From: an uncultured virus (IMG/VR IMGVR_UViG_3300035199_000776)
Taxonomy: Duplodnaviria > Heunggongvirae > Uroviricota > Caudoviricetes
IMG/VR virus record: IMGVR_UViG_3300035199_000776
Length of the DNA: 20,000 nt
Strand: one strand, 5' to 3'
This document shows, piece by piece, positions 8,596 through 17,466 of the stretch; the stretch's first letter is position 1, and every line of letters begins with the position of its first letter. Position numbers and translations under genes: made by a program. The notes beneath the pieces are model-generated. The model searched no databases and was not told the origin of the DNA. It saw only the letters and a list, made by a program, of their open reading frames with translations.

Positions 8596-9350
8596 TAAAC
8601 TGTGATTTCAGGACTTTCTGGCGTAGTAGAGAGTTCCTCTTCAAACCGATCAAAATAGAGATCGATGTTCTTAAGAAGATATGCTTTAAAAACTTTTCTT
8701 TCTGGAACGCCAGAGGTAACTTCGTCCAACTCTACTTCTTCGATGGAACTGGCCCGTGCTAATTCGGGAACCTTATCGCTGGCTACCACACTATCAGCAT
8801 CTATTTTAGCATATGCATTTTCAATCTGAGTAGTAATATCTTTAAAAGAGGTGTAGGCAGCATTTCTGCCGGTATTATCTAAGCCATCGCCGGATATACC
8901 AACACCAAAAGCTTCTTCTTCGCTAGGCTCTTCTTCTGGTTCGTCATCTGCAATATCGATAAAACCTTCTTCATCTTCGGGCGATCCTGGTTCTCCGACA
9001 TCAATTTCAATTTCTTCTTCCAGATCTAAACCTTCTCTGACGTCGATAGCATCACCCTCTACCGGTGCCGCATCGATGGTTGTTAGAAGATCATCTATAC
9101 CGTTGAGAGTATGAGCCCTAAAAGAGTCTCTTTGTTCTTTCGAGGTGGTTAATGACTTATAAGCTGCCTCTACTTTGGGTAAAATATTTTGCAAAAGAGT
9201 TCTTAAAAAATTCATTGCTGTAATATCATAAGGAGCGTCAGGAGAGCTAGCATGTGCTTTTGCTTCGTTAAGATACTTTTTGCTCTTTATGATCTTCCTT
9301 ATTGCTTCTCTCAATAATCGCTCTTCGATGAGTTCTGTTCTGCTTATCAT
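8595..9350 (-). CDS. Highly acidic protein, candidate head core/scaffold or internal protein, 251 aa
   Basis: Long Glu/Asp-rich segment; many (L/I)xE sites (LIE, LRE, LNE, LEE, IEE, LDE). Confidence 0.65.
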   Translation of the reverse strand: MISRTELIEERLLREAIRKIIKSKKYLNEAKAHASSPDAPYDITAMNFLRTLLQNILPKVEAAYKSLTTSKEQRDSFRAHTLNGIDDLLTTIDAAPVEGDAIDVREGLDLEEEIEIDVGEPGSPEDEEGFIDIADDEPEEEPSEEEAFGVGISGDGLDNTGRNAAYTSFKDITTQIENAYAKIDADSVVASDKVPELARASSIEEVELDEVTSGVPERKVFKAYLLKNIDLYFDRFEEELSTTPESPEITV

Positions 9351-11536
9351 CTGATAGACTCCATGTTACTTACTAAATAGTTATAAATACTTTCAACTAT
9401 TTCATCTTTTTTAACTTTTTTACCAATGGCGCCCGAATATCCACCGACAGCACCAGCACCAGACATCTCTTCTAGCTCTTTGTCTTCATCTTCTTTATCT
9501 GTGCGCGTCACCGGCACTGGATAACCAGCGACATCAGCAGAGACCGATGTCTCTTCTAGCCCTTCGTCTCCGTGTAGCATCGCGATGTCGTAAAACTTTT
9601 TCTTCTTCTCTTCTATTATAACATCATTAATTAATGATGTCAAGTAAGATATCTTTTTACTTGACAAGTTTCGATTTTCGGGATATATTATTTCTACTAT
9701 TTCTTCTTCTACTACTCTTTCTACTATTTCTACTAATTCTACTCTTTCTACTCTTTCTACTAATTCTACTCTCAACTTATCTAAAATCATCTCTGCCGTT
9801 TCTTTATTAAAATCACTACCCATTATTTGTTTAAACAACTCCATATCACCTGACGCCAACGCATCTCGTATAGATGTTCCAGACATTTCACCGTATCCGG
9901 GTATATTAATAGACTCGTGCGGAGCTATAGCGGTATAAGCGCCCTCTTCATAACCTACTTCGGCAGTGCCCTCCCAAGGACGAAAGAAGTCACCTTTTAA
10001 TCTTTGTTGATCTTTTTCACCTACTACAAATACAGCAGCGGTAGTTTTAGGATTGAATTGTTTTAGCAGTTCTTCTGCTCTATAAGGGCTTCTTACGTGT
10101 ATGATTTTATCTTCGGGGATCCCGTGAGCAACAGCGATCTGCTTCTTTTCTTCAAAGCTGAATGGTGATTTTGGCGGCTTTACTATATCGGATGTTACTA
10201 CATAAACATCATCCAGAAAGCCACTATTTAACAACTGGTTATATACCGCAGCGTGATGTCGACCCATGGGTTGGAATCGACCCGAATATATACCTATAAC
10301 TTTATTTATAGTATTTTCAGTGGACGGCTGCTCATCCTGGGTGGCTATGAGTTGGCTGATTTGTCCAGTTTTACCAGATACTATAAAATCACCAGTAAGT
10401 TTAACCGGCTTGCTGGTGCCGAAGACTTCTTTGCTTTGTAGAACTAGGCCCTCGTGCTTTCTGGCCTCTTCTGAGCCTAAAGGAGCATAAAAAGCATCTA
10501 GAACGGCATTCCCTAGCCTTCTAATTCCTTCCCAGATCAACGCGCCATTAATAGCGTTGATTCCCATCCCTACATCCTTGGGGTCAACGGTGCCTAGAAA
10601 CTCCGATACTGATTTGTTATTAACAAGGAGAGCAAAATAAACATCTTTGTGTAAAGCAAGCATTTTTTTGCCGGTAGTATCAACAACAATATCATCATAG
10701 GGATTTTTAACACCCGGGTTATTTAACCACCCTTCTAGTGTGTCCGTCTTGATATTATCTTCTGATATTTTAATGGATATTTGAGTATTTAGTGCCGGAC
10801 CATAATCGATGTCGACTGTTCCGCCTTTCGGAATAGCTATAACATCTTTGGGTCCATAAATATTAAAAACATCAGAGAATCCTCTGATTTTCTCGACCAA
10901 AGAACTTAAAGCCAAGTCTTTTTCTTTACTAGAGTCTGTTCCTCGCGATTTTCGCTGCATAGTCCGACCTTTTGGACTAGGCTTCATAAAGAATTCATTA
11001 ACACCGTGTATCGCTATGAAATGTTCGCCATATGGAGTAGCATTCATAACTGGTCTTTCAGGTGTTTCTAAAACATACTCAGTATTAAGGAAGAGATCCG
11101 GATTGTCCCACAAACCAAGCATTCTCAGTTCTTGCTCGATATCAGCACCTTCTAGTGTATCATTTAATATTGTTAGCAGATTAAGCACAGCAGTTCGCAT
11201 ACCGTGCTCTGGGTTCGGCCACTTTTCGGCGATGCGATCAATGGTGATACCTTCAACATCAACAGCCATTTTGGTGCCTCTATCAACGGCAAACTCTTTC
11301 CTCTCTTCGCCATCAGGCCCAGTAGTCGTCACCAACTTGAAACTAACATTCACACCGTCAGTTTTAATAGAAGCAGTATTTCCTTCTTTAAAATATAAAG
11401 GAATCTTGACCAGAAAGAAATCTAGCAGATCCTTTCCGTCTTTTAACCAGTCCAGATCGAAAGGGTGGTTCATGTGTCCACCACTCCCACCTTCCATAAG
11501 CATATTATAGGCTTTTGGCGCTGCTAACAAGTCCAT
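9347..11536 (-). CDS. Multidomain protein: N-terminal KxDG ligase-like nucleotidyltransferase domain, cytidylyltransferase-like domain and low-complexity acidic tail, 729 aa
   Basis: KTDG (aa 58-61), HEGLVL, VKLTG; then YSGRFQPMGRHH, SPFSFEEK, VGEKD, SGTSIR (HIGH-superfamily motifs). Confidence 0.75.
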   Translation of the reverse strand: MDLLAAPKAYNMLMEGGSGGHMNHPFDLDWLKDGKDLLDFFLVKIPLYFKEGNTASIKTDGVNVSFKLVTTTGPDGEERKEFAVDRGTKMAVDVEGITIDRIAEKWPNPEHGMRTAVLNLLTILNDTLEGADIEQELRMLGLWDNPDLFLNTEYVLETPERPVMNATPYGEHFIAIHGVNEFFMKPSPKGRTMQRKSRGTDSSKEKDLALSSLVEKIRGFSDVFNIYGPKDVIAIPKGGTVDIDYGPALNTQISIKISEDNIKTDTLEGWLNNPGVKNPYDDIVVDTTGKKMLALHKDVYFALLVNNKSVSEFLGTVDPKDVGMGINAINGALIWEGIRRLGNAVLDAFYAPLGSEEARKHEGLVLQSKEVFGTSKPVKLTGDFIVSGKTGQISQLIATQDEQPSTENTINKVIGIYSGRFQPMGRHHAAVYNQLLNSGFLDDVYVVTSDIVKPPKSPFSFEEKKQIAVAHGIPEDKIIHVRSPYRAEELLKQFNPKTTAAVFVVGEKDQQRLKGDFFRPWEGTAEVGYEEGAYTAIAPHESINIPGYGEMSGTSIRDALASGDMELFKQIMGSDFNKETAEMILDKLRVELVERVERVELVEIVERVVEEEIVEIIYPENRNLSSKKISYLTSLINDVIIEEKKKKFYDIAMLHGDEGLEETSVSADVAGYPVPVTRTDKEDEDKELEEMSGAGAVGGYSGAIGKKVKKDEIVESIYNYLVSNMESIR
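9661..9689 (+). promoter_or_regulatory. Near-consensus sigma70-type promoter, antisense to the 729-aa gene
   Basis: TTGACA (9661-9666), 17-nt spacer, TATATT (9684-9689). Confidence 0.55.
9692..9770 (+). repeat. Imperfect tandem repeat, 8 copies of TTCTACT, mostly 9-nt period
   Basis: Copies start at 9692, 9707, 9719, 9728, 9737, 9746, 9755 and 9764; they encode (V-E-x)n on the minus strand. Confidence 0.9.
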
Positions 11537-11539
11537 TAT

Positions 11540-11767
11540 TTATTCCTTTTTGGAAGTAGCTCTTTTGGACCTCGAACGACTGGACCTTTGGGGCTTGGGC
11601 TTTACTTCTGGTTCAATAATAGCCGTTAAGGGCTCTATCACTTCCGTGACGGGCTCCGGGGTAGGAGCAGGCGGCTCTACCACCTCTGGGACTGCCGATG
11701 CTGCGGCCGCAGCCTTACGAGCCTCTATGGCTTTCTGTCGTAATATATATCTTCTTCTAGGATTCAT
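11540..11767 (-). CDS. Small low-complexity protein (basic ends, Ala/Pro/Glu-rich middle), 75 aa
   Basis: GGAGG SD upstream; disordered composition. Confidence 0.7.
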   Translation of the reverse strand: MNPRRRYILRQKAIEARKAAAAASAVPEVVEPPAPTPEPVTEVIEPLTAIIEPEVKPKPQRSSRSRSKRATSKKE

Positions 11768-11789
11768 AGTCTGTAACCCTCCATACTAA

Positions 11790-12464
11790 TTAGTTTTCTT
11801 TTTCGGAAACCCACTTCTTTAAACGCGTTACGCCGTCTTCAATTGTAACATAAGTTGTGTGTTCAACCCAATCTCCACAATTTACATATGTTTTGATATT
11901 TTCGTCTTGATCCACCCAGATCAAAACTTCCGGAACATGTGTGTGACCCATAATAAATACATCTGCTCCCTCATTCCACCTAACGATATCCCATATCCTT
12001 TTTAATCTTCTCTTATTCTCTATGAGTTTGCGATACCAGTATGATAGGTTAATATTTAAGTATCTTTCTATAGAATCCTGCAAAATAGATATAATATTGA
12101 TTAACCAGGGCCTGTGGATAAGTCCTTTCTCGTATTTGTCGCCGTGCTCGATAACATATTTTTTATCCCCAGATATAAACTCATACTTATCCACAAACTT
12201 AACCCCAAAGGCAGAATGACCAACTAGGCCTTTAAACGATATATCATGATTTCCAACGATATAGATAATCTTTCCGTCAAATATATCTATAATATTAAAC
12301 AATACAATGCTTTTTTCATCAAAAGAAGGTATTTTAATAAAATCGATGATATCGCCGGCCAATATCAATTCATCGCAGTCTAAATTAGATAAAAAAAGAG
12401 CAAGCTCCTTTTGTTTTGAGTGCTTGCTCCCTATATGAAGGTCTGATATGACCACCCTTTTCAT
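11790..12464 (-). CDS. Calcineurin-like metallophosphoesterase, LpxH / UDP-2,3-diacylglucosamine hydrolase-like, 224 aa
   Basis: ISDLHIG, LAGDIID, GNHD, EHGD, GHTH, YVNCGDW. Confidence 0.88.
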   Translation of the reverse strand: MKRVVISDLHIGSKHSKQKELALFLSNLDCDELILAGDIIDFIKIPSFDEKSIVLFNIIDIFDGKIIYIVGNHDISFKGLVGHSAFGVKFVDKYEFISGDKKYVIEHGDKYEKGLIHRPWLINIISILQDSIERYLNINLSYWYRKLIENKRRLKRIWDIVRWNEGADVFIMGHTHVPEVLIWVDQDENIKTYVNCGDWVEHTTYVTIEDGVTRLKKWVSEKEN

Positions 12465-13285
12465 GTCTTCTTTTTGCCTAATTTAGTAATTGCGGCCGCC
12501 GCTCTTTGTTTCAGGGACAAAGGTCCTGGTATTCCTAAAATAAATGGAACTTGCTCAGCAGTTCTATCAAAAGTTTCCGATGTATTGTTAAAATTATTTA
12601 TTACTGTTAAATCTCCACTTAATAAGTTTCCAGGGGTCGATTGATTCAAATCCGGAAGCCCGGTCGATCCCGCTACATAACTAATAGTCGGACGAACGGC
12701 GGCGATGCCATCCACATAATGAATACCGTTTTTAAAGGAGGTGTCTCCAGCGGTCGGCGTCGCCTTTGAATAATCATAATCGTATTCTATCAATGCTAAT
12801 TTAAATTCGCTCAAAGAATTCATATCGGCTAAAGCTGTAGCATTAAGAGTTATTTCGTTCCTGGCGCCCGCGGGATCACTGTCGGCGGCCACATTCCAAG
12901 TAGTAATTTCCGCCGAATATGCCGTAGAAGCGTCATATGAACCAGTTTTGCTAAAATCACCGAGCACAAAATCAGTATCTGAATCGCCCGTTGCGTCGGC
13001 ATCTACTTTAATTATAATAACATCAGCACCCGCGTAGGTGACGCCATATAATTTTAAAGTAGCAGAGGTAGGCACCGCGGTGACGCCGCTTGTATCGAAA
13101 GCAAAAAAGGATCGATAACAATCGTATTGAGTCTCGGCGCTGTTTCCATGCACCTTAACCGCGGTACCAACCTTCTCTAGTCCTGTATTAATTTGCTCCG
13201 CGGTGGCCATGTTTCTAGCCGCGGCAAAAGTAGCTTCATTATCTACTTTTATTTGAGCGTTTTTACCTACAACAATATCAGGCAT
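12461..13285 (-). CDS. Putative virion structural protein with a DNRLRE/CBM96-like beta domain, 274 aa
   Basis: RSFFAFDTSGV...TSATLKLY and ...RPTISY patterns; Ala/Thr/Gly/Asp-rich. Confidence 0.6.
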   Translation of the reverse strand: MPDIVVGKNAQIKVDNEATFAAARNMATAEQINTGLEKVGTAVKVHGNSAETQYDCYRSFFAFDTSGVTAVPTSATLKLYGVTYAGADVIIIKVDADATGDSDTDFVLGDFSKTGSYDASTAYSAEITTWNVAADSDPAGARNEITLNATALADMNSLSEFKLALIEYDYDYSKATPTAGDTSFKNGIHYVDGIAAVRPTISYVAGSTGLPDLNQSTPGNLLSGDLTVINNFNNTSETFDRTAEQVPFILGIPGPLSLKQRAAAAITKLGKKKT

Positions 13286-13535
13286 TGATTTCCTCCACAG
13301 ATTCTATAGTTCCAATACCCATATCATTTATATAATCTTCATCTAAAATAAGTCTTTCAATATAACTTTTTGCAACAGAATCGCATTCTGGTATTGTTTT
13401 AGAGACACAATTCTGCATCATAGACAAAAATTCATCTGCTAGCATCTCTTTTTCTTGCCCATCAGAAAATCCATGTATGGTTTTATCAATATGATCTGAA
13501 TCTTGCCATGAAAATATAATTTTAAACTGTCTCAT
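13278..13535 (-). CDS. Hypothetical protein, 85 aa
   Basis: Coupled to neighbours by TGATG and short overlaps; GAGG SD. Confidence 0.65.
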   Translation of the reverse strand: MRQFKIIFSWQDSDHIDKTIHGFSDGQEKEMLADEFLSMMQNCVSKTIPECDSVAKSYIERLILDEDYINDMGIGTIESVEEINA

Positions 13536-14140
13536 CAGTATTGTTCCTCTCTAAATCTTAAAGCTTTGATCATTTTCTCGCGCTGACTCAAAGAATTGTC
13601 TTTGTTTTCGTTAATTGAAGTTAACATGGTCCTTTTACCCTCTATTTCCTTTGTTTTCTTGGCCCATTTGGACACTAAAATATCGTATATTTCGCCGTTT
13701 TTCCACTCATTTAGGCCTATTTTGGGTTCTTTTTCCTTCAAAATATCCTCAAAATCCCTTAAAATGATGGCTGCTTTGTATGCTTCTTCCTCCATATTGC
13801 GCATATGGGCGTTATTTTGGGCATATCCGGGCTCAAAACTAGCTATTTTATCGAAATCACCCCTACAATTCTGTGTATGATGCATCAATTCGTGCGAAAT
13901 TGACCTTAAAATGTCTTTTGGGTGCCGATTATCGACAAAAATACATATTTTTTCGTCTTTTTGGTCATAATATGCGCTTTTTCCGAGCAATTCTTGCCCA
14001 TTTTCGGTATTTGAAACCAATTCTACGTCAATTGGGCGGTCAAAACCCATTTTTTCTTGCGCAAAAGGTAAAAATTGACCAATTATGGCCATAAGATCGG
14101 ACATTTCGCCACCAGATTTGTTAATTACCTTACATTTCAT
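13535..14140 (-). CDS. Putative zinc metallopeptidase (HExxH), 201 aa
   Basis: DILRSISHELMHHTQ with a downstream MEEEAY glutamate. Confidence 0.75.
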   Translation of the reverse strand: MKCKVINKSGGEMSDLMAIIGQFLPFAQEKMGFDRPIDVELVSNTENGQELLGKSAYYDQKDEKICIFVDNRHPKDILRSISHELMHHTQNCRGDFDKIASFEPGYAQNNAHMRNMEEEAYKAAIILRDFEDILKEKEPKIGLNEWKNGEIYDILVSKWAKKTKEIEGKRTMLTSINENKDNSLSQREKMIKALRFREEQY

Positions 14141-14154
14141 GCTAAATCCCTATA

Positions 14155-14391
14155 TTAACTAGTTTTTCTTCTAATTTTATGTAAAACCGCCGCCAAAATG
14201 TCCTCATATTCGTCTCTTTCGACGTGATATACGTGTGCAACCCACACAAAACGCCCACCTTTAGTGATTTTCTTGAAATTTTGGATAATACCGAACTTTT
14301 TTCTGCCTATTTCCTTGATATCTGTCCACCAAACAAGATCACCGACCTTTAAATTCGACTTTTTACCAAATATCTTAGTCGTTTTCATCAT
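14155..14391 (-). CDS. Small KOW/SH3-like protein, about 78 aa
   Basis: LKVGDLVWW...FGII...WVAHVY pattern. Confidence 0.6.
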   Translation of the reverse strand: MMKTTKIFGKKSNLKVGDLVWWTDIKEIGRKKFGIIQNFKKITKGGRFVWVAHVYHVERDEYEDILAAVLHKIRRKTS

Positions 14392-14689
14392 CTTTCGATG
14401 TTAAAGCCTCAATTGCGGACATAGCATACGAAATACCGTCCTGAATACGAGGTAAAGAGTCATTTAACAAGAATTCTAGGTCATAATCACTGAAATTATC
14501 GCCTTCCATATCGGTTTTAGCCTGTTTAAGTAGCTGATTCACGAGACTATTGATATTATTGACTATATTTTCATATGGTTCGTGTAAAACACGAGTTTGA
14601 TTGAAGTCCGAATACATTTCTTTCGGTGATTTATCAATTTCACCTTCATTAATCGCCTGATTTGGCTTACTTAGCAGTTTATATTTCAT
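14375..14689 (-). CDS. Hypothetical helical acidic protein, 104 aa
   Basis: AAGGA SD; N-terminal segment ends in INE. Confidence 0.7.
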   Translation of the reverse strand: MKYKLLSKPNQAINEGEIDKSPKEMYSDFNQTRVLHEPYENIVNNINSLVNQLLKQAKTDMEGDNFSDYDLEFLLNDSLPRIQDGISYAMSAIEALTSKDDEND

Positions 14690-14724
14690 AATAGTTCCTT
14701 TTTTCTTGTTTTTTTGATGCGGTT

Positions 14725-17466
14725 TTACGAATCAGACACCGGTGGGCCCCATTCCGCTGGGTTATTTACGATTCCAAGATACTGTGGGGCAAATCTTCTT
14801 CGAAACTGCTCCGACCACTTCTTGCCACTGTGTATTTGGCCGTATCTTATATATTCTTTAACTTGTTCTGGGTGTTTTCTCCCATAATCTATGACTGAAT
14901 CGACCAGTTCACCCTCCTGGCCGCGAGTTTCGGCGCGATATATGTTTTTCTTTACGAGAAACTCATAATATTTCCACGCATCAGCCGGCATATTATCAAA
15001 ATAGATATAATCCGGGTTATATTTGATTGTTTTGTCCGCTTCCAGGAACTCTGTGACTTTTTTCCACTCTTTGCGCATCTGAAGCTCTGGTGTCCTGTCT
15101 TCGTGGGTGTCGGCATGCCATTTGTCTGTTGACTCCAAATGTCTATTTATTCCGTTTGCTTTCGAACTAAAAGATTCCATAATGGTTGTTATAGAAAAGA
15201 GACTTTCTACTTTAATAATCTTTCCTTCGAAGTTAGACGCATAATATTCTACAGTGCAACTACCAACATATAGATCATCTTCATCATATTTAATATCAAT
15301 AATCCGCGCAGGGACTCGATATTTAACATCATCCCATGGTGGAATGCGCTCGAAGCGCTTGGATGCCGTATTTTTTAGCCATTTCCATAACATGTTTAAA
15401 GAAATATCGCGGATTTTACGATCAGTGTACCATATTATATCCCATCCTGGTAAAACTGGAACCTCGACCCTGGCTCTGGCTTGCATATTGCCTTTTCGCG
15501 CCAACGACGGCATAACCCAGATGATCATCCCAGGTTTAAAATACTTTTTAAACGATGCTGTTCTTTCTATCTGCGCGTCGGCCGTTTTATTCAATAAGCC
15601 AACAAACTTTTGTGTATAACTATCCTTTTTATAGTCAGGTTCGGCCATGGTCATAACAATGTGACTGTAATAAAGCGTCAGATCTCTAACTGATTCCAAG
15701 CTTATGTCGTGGCCGGGGTATCTGAACTCAATATATTTGATGCTTTTGTCGCGCTCTCTCGATCTCGCGTAGTTAATATTAAAACCAATATTTTTTGCTC
15801 CTGCGCTCATAGCTATACGATCCAAAGTATTGTTATAAACCCCTTCAATATCAGAGATCTCGCCTTTTCCTATAGATTTTGCAAACTCTTTCGATATATC
15901 ACGGACATAGTTTGGATCGAATAGAACGGCGCCGCCCTCTGTATAATGCATTGAATCCGCCATTAACTCTGACTTGGTGCCGCTAGCAAGGGCCGCGGCC
16001 CAGTGAGACTCTGTTCGATGCGGCGATAGTCCTTTTCTTGCTCTTTCCTTTTCATTAAGAAACAAATAGCCCTTGATTAAGTTAAAATCACCACCGCCAT
16101 CGGCGTCTCCGCCAACGCCTTTGTATCCGATATTAATATGCATCCCAGTTGCTTCGGACATATAAAAAAACTCTTGACTTGAAAAGTCTTTATAAAACAT
16201 ATCAATAAACTCGAAAGCCTCATCAAGACCATTTAGATATTTTTTCATAGAGAACTCTAAACCTTCTCCTGGGCCACTGTCGAAAAAGCTCTCTTGTTCA
16301 ACTTTTATCTCATCTCCCCACCTTGGATAGAAAGTAGGCAAATATTTGGCTAAAGCAGCGCGATAAGCTCGATCTATATCATCATCTTCCATCGTATGAA
16401 GGTCTATCGCGCTCGGATCCGCTGATATTCCAAGATCATCCATTCGCATCTCGATATAGTTGTCGACTTCATCGTTTAAATAATCCAGATAAAAATCTAA
16501 AAATCTTGATAGATCTGAACCATCGTGAACTTGCCCCATGTGAACCGTCAACTCTTTTATAACTGTGCCTATCTTTCTCATCGGCTCATTTTCCACACCG
16601 CCGGGAAATAATATTTGTATTTTTCGCCAGCCGGCCTCATATGTCGCGTAATATTCTTTTCCTAGATTAAAAACATGGAAAAAAGTAGATAATGGAAAAC
16701 GATGATAAGGATTTTCGGCAAAGTCAACAGTGCTGGCCGCAATGTGAAAGAAATATCTGTTAAAGAACATGGGCATTAACGAAGAAACTGTGTGTAAAAG
16801 TAGATTTTCTTGCTCACGGCTCATCTGACCGGCCGCATATTCCTCTAAAATCGATTTTACCTGTGCGTCACCCGTATCGGCCGGTTCTAACTCGGGCGCT
16901 CGATCATATATTAACTCTTCGAGCCATTCCTCTGGCTCATCTTCCATTAAAGGAGACCTTTGAAAGAACGCCGCATCTAAAAATGCTCTTACATAATCTA
17001 TATTTTTAAAAGCCTGAATTAAAGGCATAAAAACCGTCTTGGTCGTTCCGGACGATATGATCGATAGTTCAACGCCGAAGAGAAAAGGAACTAAATGTAA
17101 GTTGATGGTATGATCTTCCAAATCAACCTCGCCCATGCCGGCGTGTGGCTGTCGATAGTAAAACTTTATTAAAGCATCTCCGTAGTGACTGTCCTCCGCG
17201 TATGCGTCTTCTAAAAATAAATCAGCATTTACTGTTCTCATTACCTTATTAAAGATAGAGTCCCTTGTTTCGGCCGGAGCTTCTAGGTCCCCTTGCGCGG
17301 CCAAAATCATATTATCGGCCGATTGAAGTTCAACCTCATACGAGATAGTAAAGTTTTCTTGGTTATCCATAACTGCTTGCTGATCTTCTCGATCAAACTC
17401 AAGAAGCAAGCTCTTTTTTGACTCATTAATAAAGTTTTTCCAAGATCTATAAAAGTTATCTACCAT
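14725..17466 (-). CDS. Large amidoligase-like (COOH-NH2 ligase, glutamine synthetase/GCS2 fold) protein, 913 aa
   Basis: YEVEL, GLEFS, TGMHINIG and YIEFRYPG appear in the order expected for the Amidoligase_2 family. Confidence 0.7.
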   Translation of the reverse strand: MVDNFYRSWKNFINESKKSLLLEFDREDQQAVMDNQENFTISYEVELQSADNMILAAQGDLEAPAETRDSIFNKVMRTVNADLFLEDAYAEDSHYGDALIKFYYRQPHAGMGEVDLEDHTINLHLVPFLFGVELSIISSGTTKTVFMPLIQAFKNIDYVRAFLDAAFFQRSPLMEDEPEEWLEELIYDRAPELEPADTGDAQVKSILEEYAAGQMSREQENLLLHTVSSLMPMFFNRYFFHIAASTVDFAENPYHRFPLSTFFHVFNLGKEYYATYEAGWRKIQILFPGGVENEPMRKIGTVIKELTVHMGQVHDGSDLSRFLDFYLDYLNDEVDNYIEMRMDDLGISADPSAIDLHTMEDDDIDRAYRAALAKYLPTFYPRWGDEIKVEQESFFDSGPGEGLEFSMKKYLNGLDEAFEFIDMFYKDFSSQEFFYMSEATGMHINIGYKGVGGDADGGGDFNLIKGYLFLNEKERARKGLSPHRTESHWAAALASGTKSELMADSMHYTEGGAVLFDPNYVRDISKEFAKSIGKGEISDIEGVYNNTLDRIAMSAGAKNIGFNINYARSRERDKSIKYIEFRYPGHDISLESVRDLTLYYSHIVMTMAEPDYKKDSYTQKFVGLLNKTADAQIERTASFKKYFKPGMIIWVMPSLARKGNMQARARVEVPVLPGWDIIWYTDRKIRDISLNMLWKWLKNTASKRFERIPPWDDVKYRVPARIIDIKYDEDDLYVGSCTVEYYASNFEGKIIKVESLFSITTIMESFSSKANGINRHLESTDKWHADTHEDRTPELQMRKEWKKVTEFLEADKTIKYNPDYIYFDNMPADAWKYYEFLVKKNIYRAETRGQEGELVDSVIDYGRKHPEQVKEYIRYGQIHSGKKWSEQFRRRFAPQYLGIVNNPAEWGPPVSDS

